Positions 24,915-38,043 of a stretch of 64,000 bases of DNA are shown here, one piece after another; positions within the stretch are counted from its first letter, which is position 1, and each line of letters opens with the position of its first letter. A program made the translations under genes and the position numbers. The stretch comes from Podarcis gaigeae (Eukaryota): NCBI GenBank assembly GCA_964106915.2, contig OZ066919.1; one strand, given 5' to 3'. The notes under the pieces were generated by a model. That model did no database searches and was not told where the DNA came from. It saw only the letters and a list, made by a program, of their open reading frames with translations.

Positions 24915-26049
24915 CTATGTTGGTGCAGATGGGGCCTTATTATTTAAGACAGCAGCCTGAAATCAGCAACATTCCTTCCTTGTAATGTCTTTCAGTTACA
25001 GGAAAGCTAGTAGTGACGTTAAACAGTAAAAATAAATAAATCAGAAGCAGCAGTCAAGTGCACTACCTGGGATGAGATGCAGTTGTACTAGCTGTTCTTG
25101 TAATGTTCTTGTGAAGACAGCTGGTATGGCTGTATGAGACCAGAAGCTCTCCCCCACCCCCTTCTGAATTTAGCCACGCTCTAGCAATTTTAATTTTCAT
25201 TAACATTGAACTACTGTTCTACTATCACCCCTTAAATTAAATCTAAGGTTGTACAGACACTGGTGTCATTGAATTATCAACCCCCCCAAGGGAACCTGCT
25301 CAAGGTAAGTGATGTTTCTCTTACTGCCCTGTCACATCACAGGTCCTTCCTATGTGCTCATGCCAGAAAGACATGGCAGCAGAATCGTATGCCTGTTTAC
25401 TCAGAAGTAAGCCTCTCCTTGTTCACTGTAGTTATGAGTTATGCAGCTCCTAGTTCACTGTTGCAATTCAGTTTTGCTATTGCTGCTGCAGGTGTAAGAA
25501 AACTTGGTAATAATTTCTCAGACCAATAGCTTTGTCACAGCTTCAGAACCCTTTTAATCAAGGCAAAGATGTGCAGATATATTTACTTAGAAATGACCTA
25601 CCAAGAAAAGGTGAGAGTTTGTTGTTATTGCTTTATGAACATAATGCTAACTTAATTTCACAAAGCAAAGATTGCTGTGCTAGGGTTTTTTCCCCTTCTG
25701 CTCAGCCACTTCTGGTCTTCAGAAAAAAACAGATTCTCCTTGCGTCACTTTTAATTGATTCCCATCGCATTAGATCTTGTTGTCAGCCTTTATAAAGGCA
25801 GTGTGCAAGGAATTTTATCAAAAATTGACTCATTGATTCCTTGAACTGATGAAATAATTGGAACTTGATATGCCCAGTGCAGCTTCTTTATAATTTTACC
25901 TTCCATTATAATGAAGAATCCTCTAGGTCAGATGACTACGAATTATAAATATCGCATTCGCCTAAGTCTTAAAGTATGAGAACTGCTAAAAGTAATAAGC
26001 GAACCTTCATAAGAATGAATTTGCTTTGGATCATATCCAAGCTGTCTTT

Positions 26050-26430
26050 TATTTATAGAACAGCTTGTATTCCCTATTTCTGCTCCAGAAAGGAGTTGCT
26101 GGTTATATACAACCACAAAAATAAAAACAGGAGCAACACATCTTTAGAACCATCAGCAAAACAAAGCAAGACTAAAAGCAGCATCAAAACGCCCAAAAGG
26201 CATCAAGAGCACAGAAAGCCAGAGCTAACAATAGATAAGATTAAGCAACAGCAGGATCAAAAGGTTGTTGAAGAAGAAATGTCTTCAAAGGCTGGCAGAA
26301 CAGCAAATAGAAACAAAGTCAACCTAACTTCTTGAGGAATAGAGTTCTACCTATGGGGCGCTGCCACAGAAAAAGCCCCCTTGCACACTGCCACCAATTT
26401 AGCCCTAGAGGGCAGTGGCACACCTGAGAT
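26050..26430 (-). mobile_element. Old L2-type 3' fragment
   Basis: TTTATTTA tail; AGAGTTC..GGGGCGCTGCCACAGAAAAAGCCC motif shared with the L2 copies. Confidence 0.5.
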
Positions 26431-28640
26431 CCATCTAGTTCAGCTTTTGGCTTTCAAGCATCTGGAGTTACTTGGGATTGAGCCTGGGGCCTTCTACACA
26501 CAAAGTTTATGCTCTTCCACTGAGCTACAATTTCTCCCGAAGCTTGCAAGCAAGGTGCAAATATTATTGCTTGTCTCTATAACCTGTTGCCAGAATTTAG
26601 CTATCAAGGCTATTGGTAGATTTATCGTCCATGAAGCTGAGTGGTCCCCATTTAAAGCTATCTACGCTAGTGATTCAGTAAGTGATTCCAGTTTTTATGC
26701 ACGATTGCTAGGGCTGCACCATCATCTGTGTGCTCGCCCTAAAGCAACTTGATCCTTTCTGCTGTGATTCAGTGCACCCTCTGCTCCAGGAAAATGTGTG
26801 CAAAACTATAATATACAGGAGTTCTTAAAACGTTTAATTCCTCAGTCTATTATAGAAGGATCCCGTCTATTATTAGATTATGTTGGCTATAAGCCGTGAG
26901 AGAGCAGTTAGCTTGCCCTTTCTGGTTGGTAATGCTTCACCACCACAGCCAAAACAGGACTTTGTATCTGAACACTAGCCTGGTAGCCATAGGCAAAAAG
27001 GAATGGCTTTCAAAGAGGGTTAGACAAACCCATGCAGGAAAAGGCTATGATCTACATCCATTGGAGGCAGTTTGCCTCTGAATGCCAGTTGCTGGGAATC
27101 ACGTGGGAAGACTGTTGCTGTTCTCAGATCTGGCTTGTGGGCTTCCCAGAAGAGGCATCTGGTTGGCCACTGTGACAACAGGATGCTGGACTAGGTGGAC
27201 CATTGACCTGATCCAACAGTCTCTTCTTATGTTTTTAATCCCATGCATGCATAGGAGCAGATGGAGGAAAGAGGGATGAAGGTTCCATCCCTCCTCTCTG
27301 CTCACCATGGCAACCAAGCAGATAACCCCTCTCCTCTGCACCAGCACAGAAATGCAGTGGACTGCTGCAATAAGGACCCAGTTCCCTATCCCATCTTCTG
27401 CCCCCACATCCCTGCCAGCTAGTATTTTTTGATACCCTAGCAACCTTTGTGGGCTTACTTAAAAGGCTGTGAGATAGTGATAGGATAGGGTCAAATCGGC
27501 ACATGCACACACCCAGTCTGGACCCTTGCAATTGTTTTATGACACCTTCCTTTAATTTGGACTGCCCTGCTTTTTATCTGGCCCTAAACTCATCTCTGTT
27601 TCTCATGTCTCATCCAGGAACTGGGTTACTAAAGGAAATGGGAAAGGACGGATCCATCAGGATTTTGTGCAGGAAGTGAAACCCTGCCTTTCCATTCTTT
27701 GCAGCAACTTCTCTCATACATATGTCTCAGCCAAGCTGGTGCTTGATAGTAAAAAGCAACCACCATGTATATACACATTCGTATATTGATGGGGGACAAT
27801 ATGCATCAGAGTTTTTAATTGTAGCCCAAAATTAGTATTGTGGCTTGGAGGCAAAAACATTGGTTTCCAGTTCCTACTATAATGCATTTGGAAGAGGTAG
27901 AATGGAGCATTTCCTCTTCCATTAAGGCTGCTGTGGTTTTTACTCCTGCATCCTGAAATGCTTTCTATTTGCATATTATTATAAGCCCGTAGATTCTCCT
28001 TGATTGACCTTATAGGGCAGGGGTATAAAAACCCAACCAAGCTGAGCAGGTCAATTCCCCACCCATCATCAGCCTTCCGGCTGCTTCTGTAATTTTTAGG
28101 AGTGCCACTTGATTAAACAAACCTTAGCATGAGTTTAAGCAGCTAATTGATTTCCTTGGATCGGTTTCCATATTAGGAACAACAACAACAAAAGAGTTCA
28201 GAAATAAGAAAGCTTCCTTTGAAGCTCTGGGTTAAAATGCAACGCCAAAAGACTGAAGGGGAGAGAAACAGAATATAGGGCACAACCTTACACCGAATCA
28301 GATAATAGGTCCATCAAGCTCAGTACTGTCTGTTCTGCATTGACTGGCAGCAGCAGGGACATGGGACCTTCTACATGTAAAGCATGTGCTCTGCCGTTCA
28401 CCTCTTGCCGCCCTGTCCCCCCAAAAAAGAGAGGGTAGTGGGGAAAGAAAGATAAAAGGATACTTGTTGGACCAGGAAAGAACAAAGGGCATAAAGGTGA
28501 GACTGAGCTGCAGACAAGTGTAGTAAAGGGTGACAAGAATGAGGGGAAAGAAGCAGCTGCCATGGGGTGCATAGAGGAAAAGGTGGAAATGTGGCTGCAG
28601 AGAGGCCTGGGGGAAATGAAGGAGAGCGTGTCTTTGGCAG

Positions 28641-28643
<3 letters not shown>

Positions 28644-28681
<38 letters not shown>
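28644..28681. repeat. (GT)n microsatellite
   Basis: Direct reading. Confidence 0.98.
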
Positions 28682-28684
<3 letters not shown>

Positions 28685-29629
28685 GTTTGTTTTTGGCATG
28701 AGACCTCTGCGTTTTGTCTCCTCCTTTCGAAATGGACCCATTGCTCTGTGAAAACAACCCAGATCTTGGGTGACATAGCATGACCCACCCACAGAATTGT
28801 TCAGAATTGTGTTTGCAATGCTTTCCTACATAATTTGTATTTTTGGGGACACATGGAAACAAATCTAGTTGTGGTATAAGTAGGCACGCTTTCATTCCAC
28901 CAGGGTGGAGTTGAGCATGAGGCTGGTGTTCCCTGTAAAGTCACGGGATTAACTTGAGTATAGACAATTTTATAATATACTGATGTGGGAAATAAGAGAC
29001 TTGGCTGTTGTGTAAACCATGAGGGTCTTAATTCTTGCTCTGGACTAACACTGCTTATAAACCACATTCAACATTTCAGGTTATTTTTCTGCTTCTTAGA
29101 TATGACTAAATGTGTGGGTCTGTTTTTATATTTTAAAAAATGTTTGTGTGTGTGTACATGGGTGTGTAGAAAAAATAATACTGAAGGCATTTTTTTGTTT
29201 AACTGGTGAACTCTGTGTTGTGTTTGCTGTGTACTGCACAGTTGTTCCATTACAATGATCAGCTAAAGCATGAAGGGGAGATGCATGCCTTCAAAATAGA
29301 GGACATTTAGAGGGCATGTGCTGGGAAATTACTGTAGACAATTACTTTTTCATGGGTGTCCACTGCCTTTTTACAGAAAGCTCTTTTCCTACCACTTGAT
29401 CAATGTTAATTGGCCCTGCGTTCTAGCAGATACAAGTGGTGTGGTTAGGGTGCAGATGGTGTGGGGTTATTTATAGGCCTTTTAAAGTTTTCATCCTTAA
29501 AAGAAGGAACTAACTCTTAATGTGTTGTTGGTTTTTTTGCATTAGAAACAATGATTTATATATTCTGTTGAGACTTTCACCACATCCCTACTCATCTGCT
29601 TTCTCTCTCTCTTTTTGTCCTGCTCTTAG

Positions 29630-29700
29630 ATCTTCCTTTGAAGAAGAAATAGACAACATCCCCTCACCTTTATTTGCATGTTCTTCAAAATTGGTGCAAT
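29630..29700 (+). other. SULF2: 5'UTR part of SULF2 exon 2
   Basis: Long polypyrimidine tract ending TGCTCTTAG| at 29629; in-frame TAG at 29650-29652 upstream of the ATG. Confidence 0.8.
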
Positions 29701-29875
29701 ATGGCACAGCGTAGCATCGCCGTGGGATTATTAGCAATGACTCTCTTATCCTTGCTGGGTGACAGTTCAGCTTTCCTGCTAAATCAGCGTCTGAAGGGAA
29801 GGTTTCAAAGGGACCGCAGGAATATCCGTCCAAACATCATCCTTGTCCTCACTGATGATCAGGATGTAGAACTTG
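29701..29875 (+). CDS. SULF2: SULF2 first coding exon (signal peptide + start of sulfatase domain), 175 nt
   Basis: [59 protein letters not shown]; [16 protein letters not shown] is SULF2-type rather than SULF1-type; donor G|GTAAG, phase 1. Confidence 0.97.
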
Positions 29876-31949
29876 GTAAGAGCCAGAGAGGTTTGATTAA
29901 CAGTAAGAGCTTTGATTAACAGTAATTGATACATGTACAATGGGTTTCACTTTTGCCTACATCGGTGCAGAATTTCATCTACAGTAGATCCATACCTGAG
30001 CTATAACAGCCAAACTTCCAGCCTATGAACAAACTATTGCAAAAAGGGTCCGAGTACAAAGGATCATCAAACTGTTCCTAATCCTTTTTAATTTTTTTGG
30101 TAAGAAAACTGCCAATATCGACATTTAAATAAAAGTCATTTGCTCTATTGTTCATTAGTAACCAGCTGTTCTAGAGCTGCTTAAGCTGAAACTCAGGTAC
30201 ACCTGACATTGCACGTGACATATATATCCACTTTGTGCATGCCTTGTTCATTTTCGGATATGGGTAATTCAGAGATATGCAGGGTTATGTCCCACACACA
30301 TATGCAAAAATGCACAAAGCCAGGAACATCTGGAGCTGGGTCCACTGCTTACCTGACTTTGGGAACACAGTGCAAAGGCTCTGGCAGGGTCCTAGAGCCC
30401 TCCCATCTCCTCTCCAAAGTCCTGTAAGCATATGTTAAATAAGCATAAGATGCGAGTTACCTGTATCCAACACTCTTTACTACACCATGCTCTCACAATC
30501 CAGTGTTTGCTATCATGGACTATAAGTCTCATAAAGATAAGGATGGAGTCTACTACTGATGCAATTCCATTGTCTACAATCAGAGTAGGGCTGTGTGCAG
30601 TGTGTCTTTGCTGAGTCAGCTGATGCACTGTATGGAACAATGGAGAAGGAGGGATGAGCTGCAGTTGTCCTTTTGATGGTCAAAATTGAGTTAATTATGT
30701 CTCTCTTACAATTAATAACATGGATTCATATCGCACAACAAACATACAGACCCCAGCCCCGCACACAAATAAAGGGATAAATTGGAAGTAGTAGAATGAA
30801 GTGAAAATATAAAAAAAAACCATTTATATTAATTAAAAGGTGACCGCAAGGCTCTTCCTCCTCAATTTTGTTGCATTCATTTTATCTTTTTAAAAATAAT
30901 TTAATTTTTGTTTGCTAATTTTACAAAGGAAGGAGAATTGAAAAGAACTGAAGACAATAAAATAAGTAATCTGTATGGAATACTATTAATACTACACATA
31001 CACAGAGAGAGAGAGAGAGAGAGAGTGTCACCAGTACATATACCTGAAGTTAAACATGCAAGTTAAGCTTTCCAGATGTCCAGATAGGTAACCACACAAA
31101 ACCTGATAACTATACGAAATATATATTTCAAACGTAGCCAGGGTGGTGAAGTCCTCAGACCATTGCATAATGGATGGGAGTAGAAGTCTCTTAGCAACCA
31201 TAAGGACTTGCAAAACCCACTTTTGTTGTCTGGCTCATAATCCATATACTATAGAAATATAATTTAAAAGTACATGAACATCTGCAAATATCAACCATTT
31301 CAGCAATACAAGATTGATTTGAAACAAAAACAAAAAAAACCACGTCTTGTCTTTTGCGTACCTGATTTGTAATTCCTCAAGAAATACTGAATTCAAGACT
31401 TCACCTTCATTTCTGATGCTGATGGCCCATTTCGCAAGTGGAAGGTGTAACTGTTGATAACAAAGATCAAACAAGGCTTTTGGTCTTGCAATAACAATTT
31501 GGAGCAGTGGTTAAAGTGATTGGGATTTTCTTTCCTAAACTAATATTTGGGAAGTGGTGTAAGTAACTGAGATTGGGGGGGGCGGGGTTTAATGTCAGGT
31601 CATTCCATATTAGATAGAGAGCTACTTTGTTCCAGTTAAGTTCATCATAGACTATTTCACAAATGATGACTACATGGAGGGAGCAAACAGCAATATGCGG
31701 GCAGTTGATTGCTCTGGCGTCCCATGCATTCAGCTGAATGTCTGAATGCTGCAGCACGCAGTGATGGCAAGGGGATGCCTTGGGCAGTGACCCATAGCTT
31801 GAGAGGTTACAAGCATGCCCTTATTTTGAACTATGAAATGTTGGAATTGGTACACATGGTTTAAAAAGTGGCTGCTAGCTTGAACATATATTTTGTAGCT
31901 GACAGTGCAGTTTTCCACATGCCCATTGAGTTCAATTGGATGTCTAGGT

Positions 31950-32085
31950 CAGTGTTTCCCAACCTTGTGCCTCCAGCTGTTTTTGGACTACAATTCCCAT
32001 CATCCCTTGCCACTGGTCTTGCTAGTCAGGGATGATGGGAGTTGTAGTTCAAAAACAGCTGGAGGCACAAGGTTGGGAAACACTG
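31950..32085. mobile_element. Palindromic hAT MITE (136 bp)
   Basis: Near-perfect fold-back CAGTGTTTCCCAACCTTGTGCCTCCAGCTGTTTTTG...; perfect 8-bp TSD GTCTAGGT. Confidence 0.95.
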
Positions 32086-32096
32086 GTCTAGGTATA

Positions 32097-32294
32097 CAGT
32101 CATATCTTGGGTTACAGACGCTTCAGGTTGCGTACCGCCGAAACCCAGAAGTACCAGAAGGGGTTACTTCCGGATTTTGGTGGTCACGCATGCGCAGAAA
32201 CGCCGAATTGCAACCCGCGCGTGCGCAGATGTGCTGCTGTGGCTTGCGAACGTGCATCCCGCATGGATCACATTCGCAACTCAAGCGTCCACTG
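32097..32294. mobile_element. Tc1/mariner-type MITE, diverged TIRs
   Basis: TA-CAGT...ACTG-TA; GGTTACAGACGCTTCAGGTT and AACCCAGAA shared with the 9580 family. Confidence 0.75.
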
Positions 32295-34705
32295 TATTAG
32301 TGCAGTATAGGACTGCAGCACAGCCTGCAAGTGTTGGGAGACTTCATTGCTGTTCATTTTATGCTGTTGCAGCCTCTAATGGATAAGAAATACATATCCT
32401 GCTGGTGAGCATGTTCTTCTGCTTTTCTTTAAGGGCATTAAAATAGAATTTCCATGTTGCGCAACATATTTTTGTGGAAGAGAAATCCAAAGAAGCAACA
32501 CTCAGCTCCTGCAGCTATAGGCATTAACAAAGAAAACATCATTTTTATGATGCTCCTCATTTCTTTCAAATTTTTTTTAATCACAAATGACATTTAGATG
32601 TATTTTTAAATTCATAAGGTGACTAGAGCATCTCTACTGCAGTTGGGGGTGGGTGGAAGAATTGCATCATGGTTTAAATTCAGCAAGGTTAGGGAAGGTT
32701 TTTATCTCACCGTTTTGGTGAGAATGTGGTGCGTTTTAGAGCTAGACAGACCCGTTTCAATAATGCATATTCCAAAAAGCTGTGCACATTATCTCAGTCT
32801 CCTGTGACTAAAATCCAGAGGGTGGTCCTTAAAAATTTATCACGATCTGTTTTATGCCAGCCTGCTTGTCTCTGATGCAATTGTCAAAGTCCTCTGGGCG
32901 GTGTACTTCCTTTCTCCAGATGATCTGTTGTCTCTCGCCAATTTCAAGCACAATGGCCCATGTGTCCACACACATTAAGATCTGACCAGAGAGAATGCAT
33001 TTCGTGGAGCCAGGGGGTGGTCTTCCTCAGGCCTCATTAGACGATCCATGAGACCACATATTAGCTTGAAATAAGATTTTTCCTTAAATCTTGCCTAAAG
33101 CTTTAGGCAAATGTGTCCAACTAGATCAGTCAGAATGGACGCACTGAGTTAAAGTGTTGTGATAGATGCAATGTGCTCGTTGCAGTTTGTATCTCTTATC
33201 AAGTGGAAGTGAACTTGGTCTTTGGAAGAGCTTGTTCATGCTTTGCTGCAGCGATAGGAATTATGAGACATTAATGGAGCACATTCGGAGGGCCATGTGG
33301 TGTGCAGGTGGGGCACAAATTTAACAAGTGAATATGTGCTTGTTCTCAAGCTCCTTAACAAGACTTTGGAAAATATTGAGGACTCTTAAAATGCTCTTAA
33401 AATGTCAGGTTCTAGATTCTGGAGGCATCTAAACATGAAAAGAAAGAAAAAAATTGCAGAACCAATGGCTCCTGAAATGCAGAAATCCAGACACTTGAGA
33501 GAAATTTGCATTGTTATGTGTGAATATAAGGGAACTTGTATACTTTATTACAAACTTCAGTGGCTACTAGCCATGATGGTTTTGTTCTACCTCCACTGTC
33601 AGAGGCAGTTTATCTGTGGGCATGTAGGTGGGCAGAGTGCTGCTACAATCACCGTCCTGCTTGTAGGCTTCCCATAGGCATTTGGTTGGTCACTGTGAGA
33701 GGAGGATACTGGACTAAATGGGACATTAGCCTGATCTAGCAGAACTCTTCTTATGTCCTTGTACTGCAATCCTAAACACATTTACTAGGAAACAAGACCC
33801 ACTGAATTAGGTGGGACTTAATTATGAGTAAGCATGCTTATTATTGTACTGATATTGATGTCTATGAGCTTTGCATGACAAAATACAAAGGAGAAGCTGA
33901 AAAAATGTGCAGAAATGTCAGAATTACAAAGGCTATCAAGCAATATCTAATTCACAACATTTTTAATTTTTGTGTGCTTTCAAACTGTCTTCAGTTATTG
34001 GTTTCATTCCCCAGTTGTTCTGGAGATGAGGACACGCAGTTCTTTCCTAATGATATTTTTATTTATTTGAACCATTTAAATACCAACATTCCTCCAAAGC
34101 CAAGAACAGGGTTGCTTACAACGATAATAAAATGCTATTATCATATTGAAACAATTCTTAAAACCAACAAATAAAATAAAATAAAATAAAATGTGCAGGA
34201 ATGAGAAATAGTTACTTGAAAATAAGACCCATTCATTTAGGTGGGACTTTCTTCCAAATAAGCATTATTAGCCATGCAGGTTTAATCCAAGTCTGCTTTC
34301 CCTGAACGCAACCTGCTGCCTTTTTGTCTACATGTCCATATCAGTAAAGAACAATAGGCACCTGTCTCCTTTTTGGGGGGAAGCCTTTTAAATAGTTGGA
34401 GATTGATATCAAATTCCTTTTAATCTTTCCTCATATTGCATGCTTTAAAGCTTGGTTGGCCTCCAATTTGCTATACCCTTGTTAAATTAAGGCTACTAAA
34501 GAGACCAATTTCTCCAGCAGTGGCCAGCTCCCATGCTATTATTACTTCCTATGGGTCAAAGTAGACAGTAAATTGGAGATGCTTGAATGATCTCTTGATT
34601 TTTGTTTAATAGAAAGCCGCCACTGGAGGCTGCCTGCTTAACCAGACCTTAACCCTTCCCCATCCTCATTTTGTCCTTTCAAAATTGTCTTTCTCAAGCT
34701 GCTTG

Positions 34706-34719
34706 GGCAGGCAGGCAAG

Positions 34720-34755
<36 letters not shown>

Positions 34756-34757
34756 CA
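34706..34757. repeat. (GGCA)n microsatellite
   Basis: Direct reading. Confidence 0.95.
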
Positions 34758-35264
34758 AGAGAGTTAAACTGCCCCTAGCTGATGCTCTTCTCTTCTCGAC
34801 TGCAATCTCAGAGGCTGCTTCTCAGTGTGTGTGTACACTAGTAATAATCAGGCAGTTGCTATATAATACATTGATCCTTTGATAGTGTAAAAAAGAGGTC
34901 TGGTATGCATGACAATTTATGGACTTATGTGATGATAGGCCACCTGCATGGTTGAATTTCTAGCATCACAAATTGGCTGCGTTTGGATATAATGCTCAGC
35001 CAAACTGTGGTTTACCACAAGGGCACTGGTGGATATGGTAAGTGCTTTGTACTTTCCTGTTCCTTTTAGCTTCACGTGGCAATTAAGACTTGGCTTAGCA
35101 TGTGTCAAAAACCCAGATTTCATGGTTAAGTGCTCTCCTCCTGGCTACAGATCATGGTTAAAGAGGAAAGAGTTCAAGCACCACCACACATTTGGATGAC
35201 ACATTTAGCTGCTACGGCAAGCTTAGCAAAAAGGAACTGTTGTGGCTGGGGGAAGGGGGTGTAG

Positions 35265-36177
35265 CTTGTTGGCGGACTGAACCCAAAGAGTGCTCATTCA
35301 TGATACCTCATCATCCTGGGGAAAAAGTGACAAGTGGGGTGTCGCGGGGTTCTGTCCTGGGCCTGTTGTTGTTTAATGTCTTTATAAATGACATGGATGA
35401 AGGAATTGAGGGGATGCTCATCAAAGCTGCTGGTGGGTGGGTAGCTAATGCTGCAGAAGACAGAAGTGGGCTTCGGGATGAATTGGGCCCAAACTAACAA
35501 CATGAATATCCACAGGGGAAAATATAAGGTTCTGCACTTAGGCAGAAACAACCAGCTGCACAAATATAAGATGGGGGACACCTGGCTTGCCAGAAGTACA
35601 TGTGGAAAAGATCCAGGGCTCTTAGTAGACCACAAGCTTAACATGAGTCAATAGTGTGATGCCGCAGAAAAAAGAGCTAATGCTGTTCTGTGCTGCATCC
35701 ACAGAAGTATAGTGTCCAGATCAGGGGAAGTAATAGTACTGCTCTGTCAGACCACACCTGGAGTAGTCTAGATGTGTCCAGTTCCAGGTGTCTCAATTTA
35801 AGGAGGATATTGACAAGCTGGAATGTGCCCAGAGAGGTGCGGCCAAGATGATCAAGGGTCTGGAAACCAAGCCTTATGAGGGAGTTTTCCATGTTTAGCC
35901 TGGAAAAGAGGAGGCTAAAAGGGATCAAGCTTGCTTAGTCCTGCTCTGGAGGGTAGGATTCAAACCAATGGATTCAACTTACAAGACGATAGAATCCAAC
36001 TAAGCACCAGGAAGAACTTTCTGATGATAAGAGCTGTTTAATAGTAGAACGAACTCTCTTGGAAGGTGGTGGACACTCCTTCCTTAGAGGTTTTTAAGCA
36101 GAGGTTTTGTTGAGATTCTTGCATTACAGATGGTTAAACTAGATGACCCCTTCAAACTCTACAGTTCTGTTCTATGA
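35265..36177 (+). mobile_element. 5'-truncated CR1 LINE (RT remnant to 3' tail)
   Basis: VTSGVSRGSVLGLLLFNVFINDMDEGIEGMLIK; KYKVLHLGRNN; ends TTCTATGA; frameshifted. Confidence 0.88.
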
Positions 36178-37324
36178 ACAGGGAGGCTAAGCAGGTTCGT
36201 GCGGTCCTGGTAAGCCATAGTTGGCTTACCGTGACATGCAAACTAGGCCTTTGTATGGATCAGATACAGGGTTGTTGCTGCTTTAGTATGAAGTAAATTA
36301 ATGAAGACCTAGTTCTCAGTGGTAATTCTGGGTTGTACCGCTTGAGAATGAGTGGTACAAGTGGTTGTACTACTTAATTCACTTGAGAATTAAGTTCACA
36401 TGAGTTTAATTGCATGCTCTTTCCTACAAAACATTCATTCCACACAAAGCAGTAGCATATCAGGGAGAATACTATGGTGACATGCTAATTTTTGAACTAG
36501 AGGGAATATTTTCTATGGTTGATCCTGTATTCTGAAGCTGTACAGCCCAGTCACATATTTACTGTACCAATGAAAGCTGGACTGGTGTTAGCTTGCATGA
36601 TTACTTCACTTAATAGCTTTGGCTACTGGGTGTTAGAGTGTTCTTTATCCTGTAGATCCCTGATCAGCAACTCGTTCTGCTGGTGGGATATTTTCAATGA
36701 AAGATGAGCCAGACCTGCACAGCCACCCACCATGGACAGCTGAAAAGTTCCAAAGCCAGAGCCACCATAACCTCCATAGGTTCATCTGCCTTCTGGCTTA
36801 GGAGTTACCAGTTGATGTTAAAAAAGGACAAGTTAACACTGGAGCAAGTTGTCTATAATCTTATTCAGCAGCTCAATATGTAGCATGGAAGATTAATGTT
36901 TAGTCTTAATGTGGAGCAAGAAATGGCATTTTTTAAAAAACCTGGATGACAATATATTTACAGAAAAGTTTCAATTAGAAAGTATTTATGACAAGATTTT
37001 TAATTAAAGTTTCAGATGCTGAGCTGACTTTGCCACCCGCAGTTACCACTCCCCAAATTTTACTCACTCGGAGCATTTGGATTTAATTCTAGCTCTTCGG
37101 TAATTGAAGTTGTCAGACTTGGCATTAATGGTGTGATTTCTGACAATGTGATACAAGCTGGTGAAAATTTCAATATTGCTTCTGCAAAGGGTTGCTAAAT
37201 TAGCATTGCAACTTTTTGTAAAGGAGCCCATCTCTGTTGAGAGTTGTAACACACAACCATTATTTTTTTCTTACAGTGCTGGACAACTTCACATTTTGCT
37301 TCTCCCCCCCCCCCACACCACTTA

Positions 37325-37500
37325 AGCTCAGTTGGTAGAGCATGAGACTCTTCATCTCAGGGTCAAGGGTTCGAGCCCCACGTTGGGCAAAAAGATTCAA
37401 CACATTCAGTTGAGATTCCTGCATTGCAGGGGGTTGGACGAGAAGACCCTCAGAATCCCTTCCAACTCTACCATTCTATTATTTACCTATGATTCTATGA
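37325..37500 (+). mobile_element. tRNA(Lys)-derived SINE with CR1-like tail
   Basis: AGCTCAGTTGGTAGAGCATGAGACTCTTCATCTCAGGGTCAAGGGTTCGAGCCCC (A and B boxes), tail ATGATTCTATGA. Confidence 0.85.
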
Positions 37501-37966
37501 AATATTAAAACATTATTTTAGTAAGTGATTGTGCAGGAACACTGCATGGCAAAAATTTTGCAATGTTACGGAGCAGTTTTCCTTTATTTGATGTGTGTGT
37601 TTCCCCAAGTCATTTCTGCAGATCCCTTGTGAAATGCTTTAGTGTCCTCATAAGTCCAGCCTGATGAAGCAGGCCATTAATGTTCTCATGTTACATTTTT
37701 GGAGAACTTGATTTGCCCAAGGCTGTCCTAGGAGTCTCTTGATGAACTCAAATTGAACTTTAGTCTCCCAGGCCCAAATCCAGGCAGTACTGTCTATTGG
37801 ACCATACTTGATGAGAAAACTGACAAGCTCCTTGTATGTTAGTCCAGGAGAATAAAGAGCTCCTGTGTTGAATTATCATACTGATTGGTTGGTGCTGTTG
37901 CAAAGCATGTCTTTGATACTGACAGCATGTGGCATCATTGTGTGGAAACATAGCAGCTGCATCATA

Positions 37967-38043
37967 TAACCATAGAATTGTAGAGTTGGAAGGGACTGCA
38001 AGGTTCGTCTAATCCAACCCCATGCTATGAAGGAATCTCAACC
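37967..38043 (-). mobile_element. CR1/SINE 3' tail fragment
   Basis: CATAGAATTGTAGAGTTGGAAGGGA..TCCAACCCC..GGAATCTCAAC, inverted relative to 37410-37500. Confidence 0.7.

Noticed and set aside
29674-29700. N-terminal extension in the ORF track (MHVLQNWCN)
   Set aside because: Starts at TTG; the ATG at 29701 has good Kozak context and gives a signal peptide of the expected length with Cys88 numbering.
37325-37390. tRNA-Lys(CTT)-like sequence
   Set aside because: Acceptor stem missing and followed by a CR1-like tail; it is a SINE head, as is 18100-18172.
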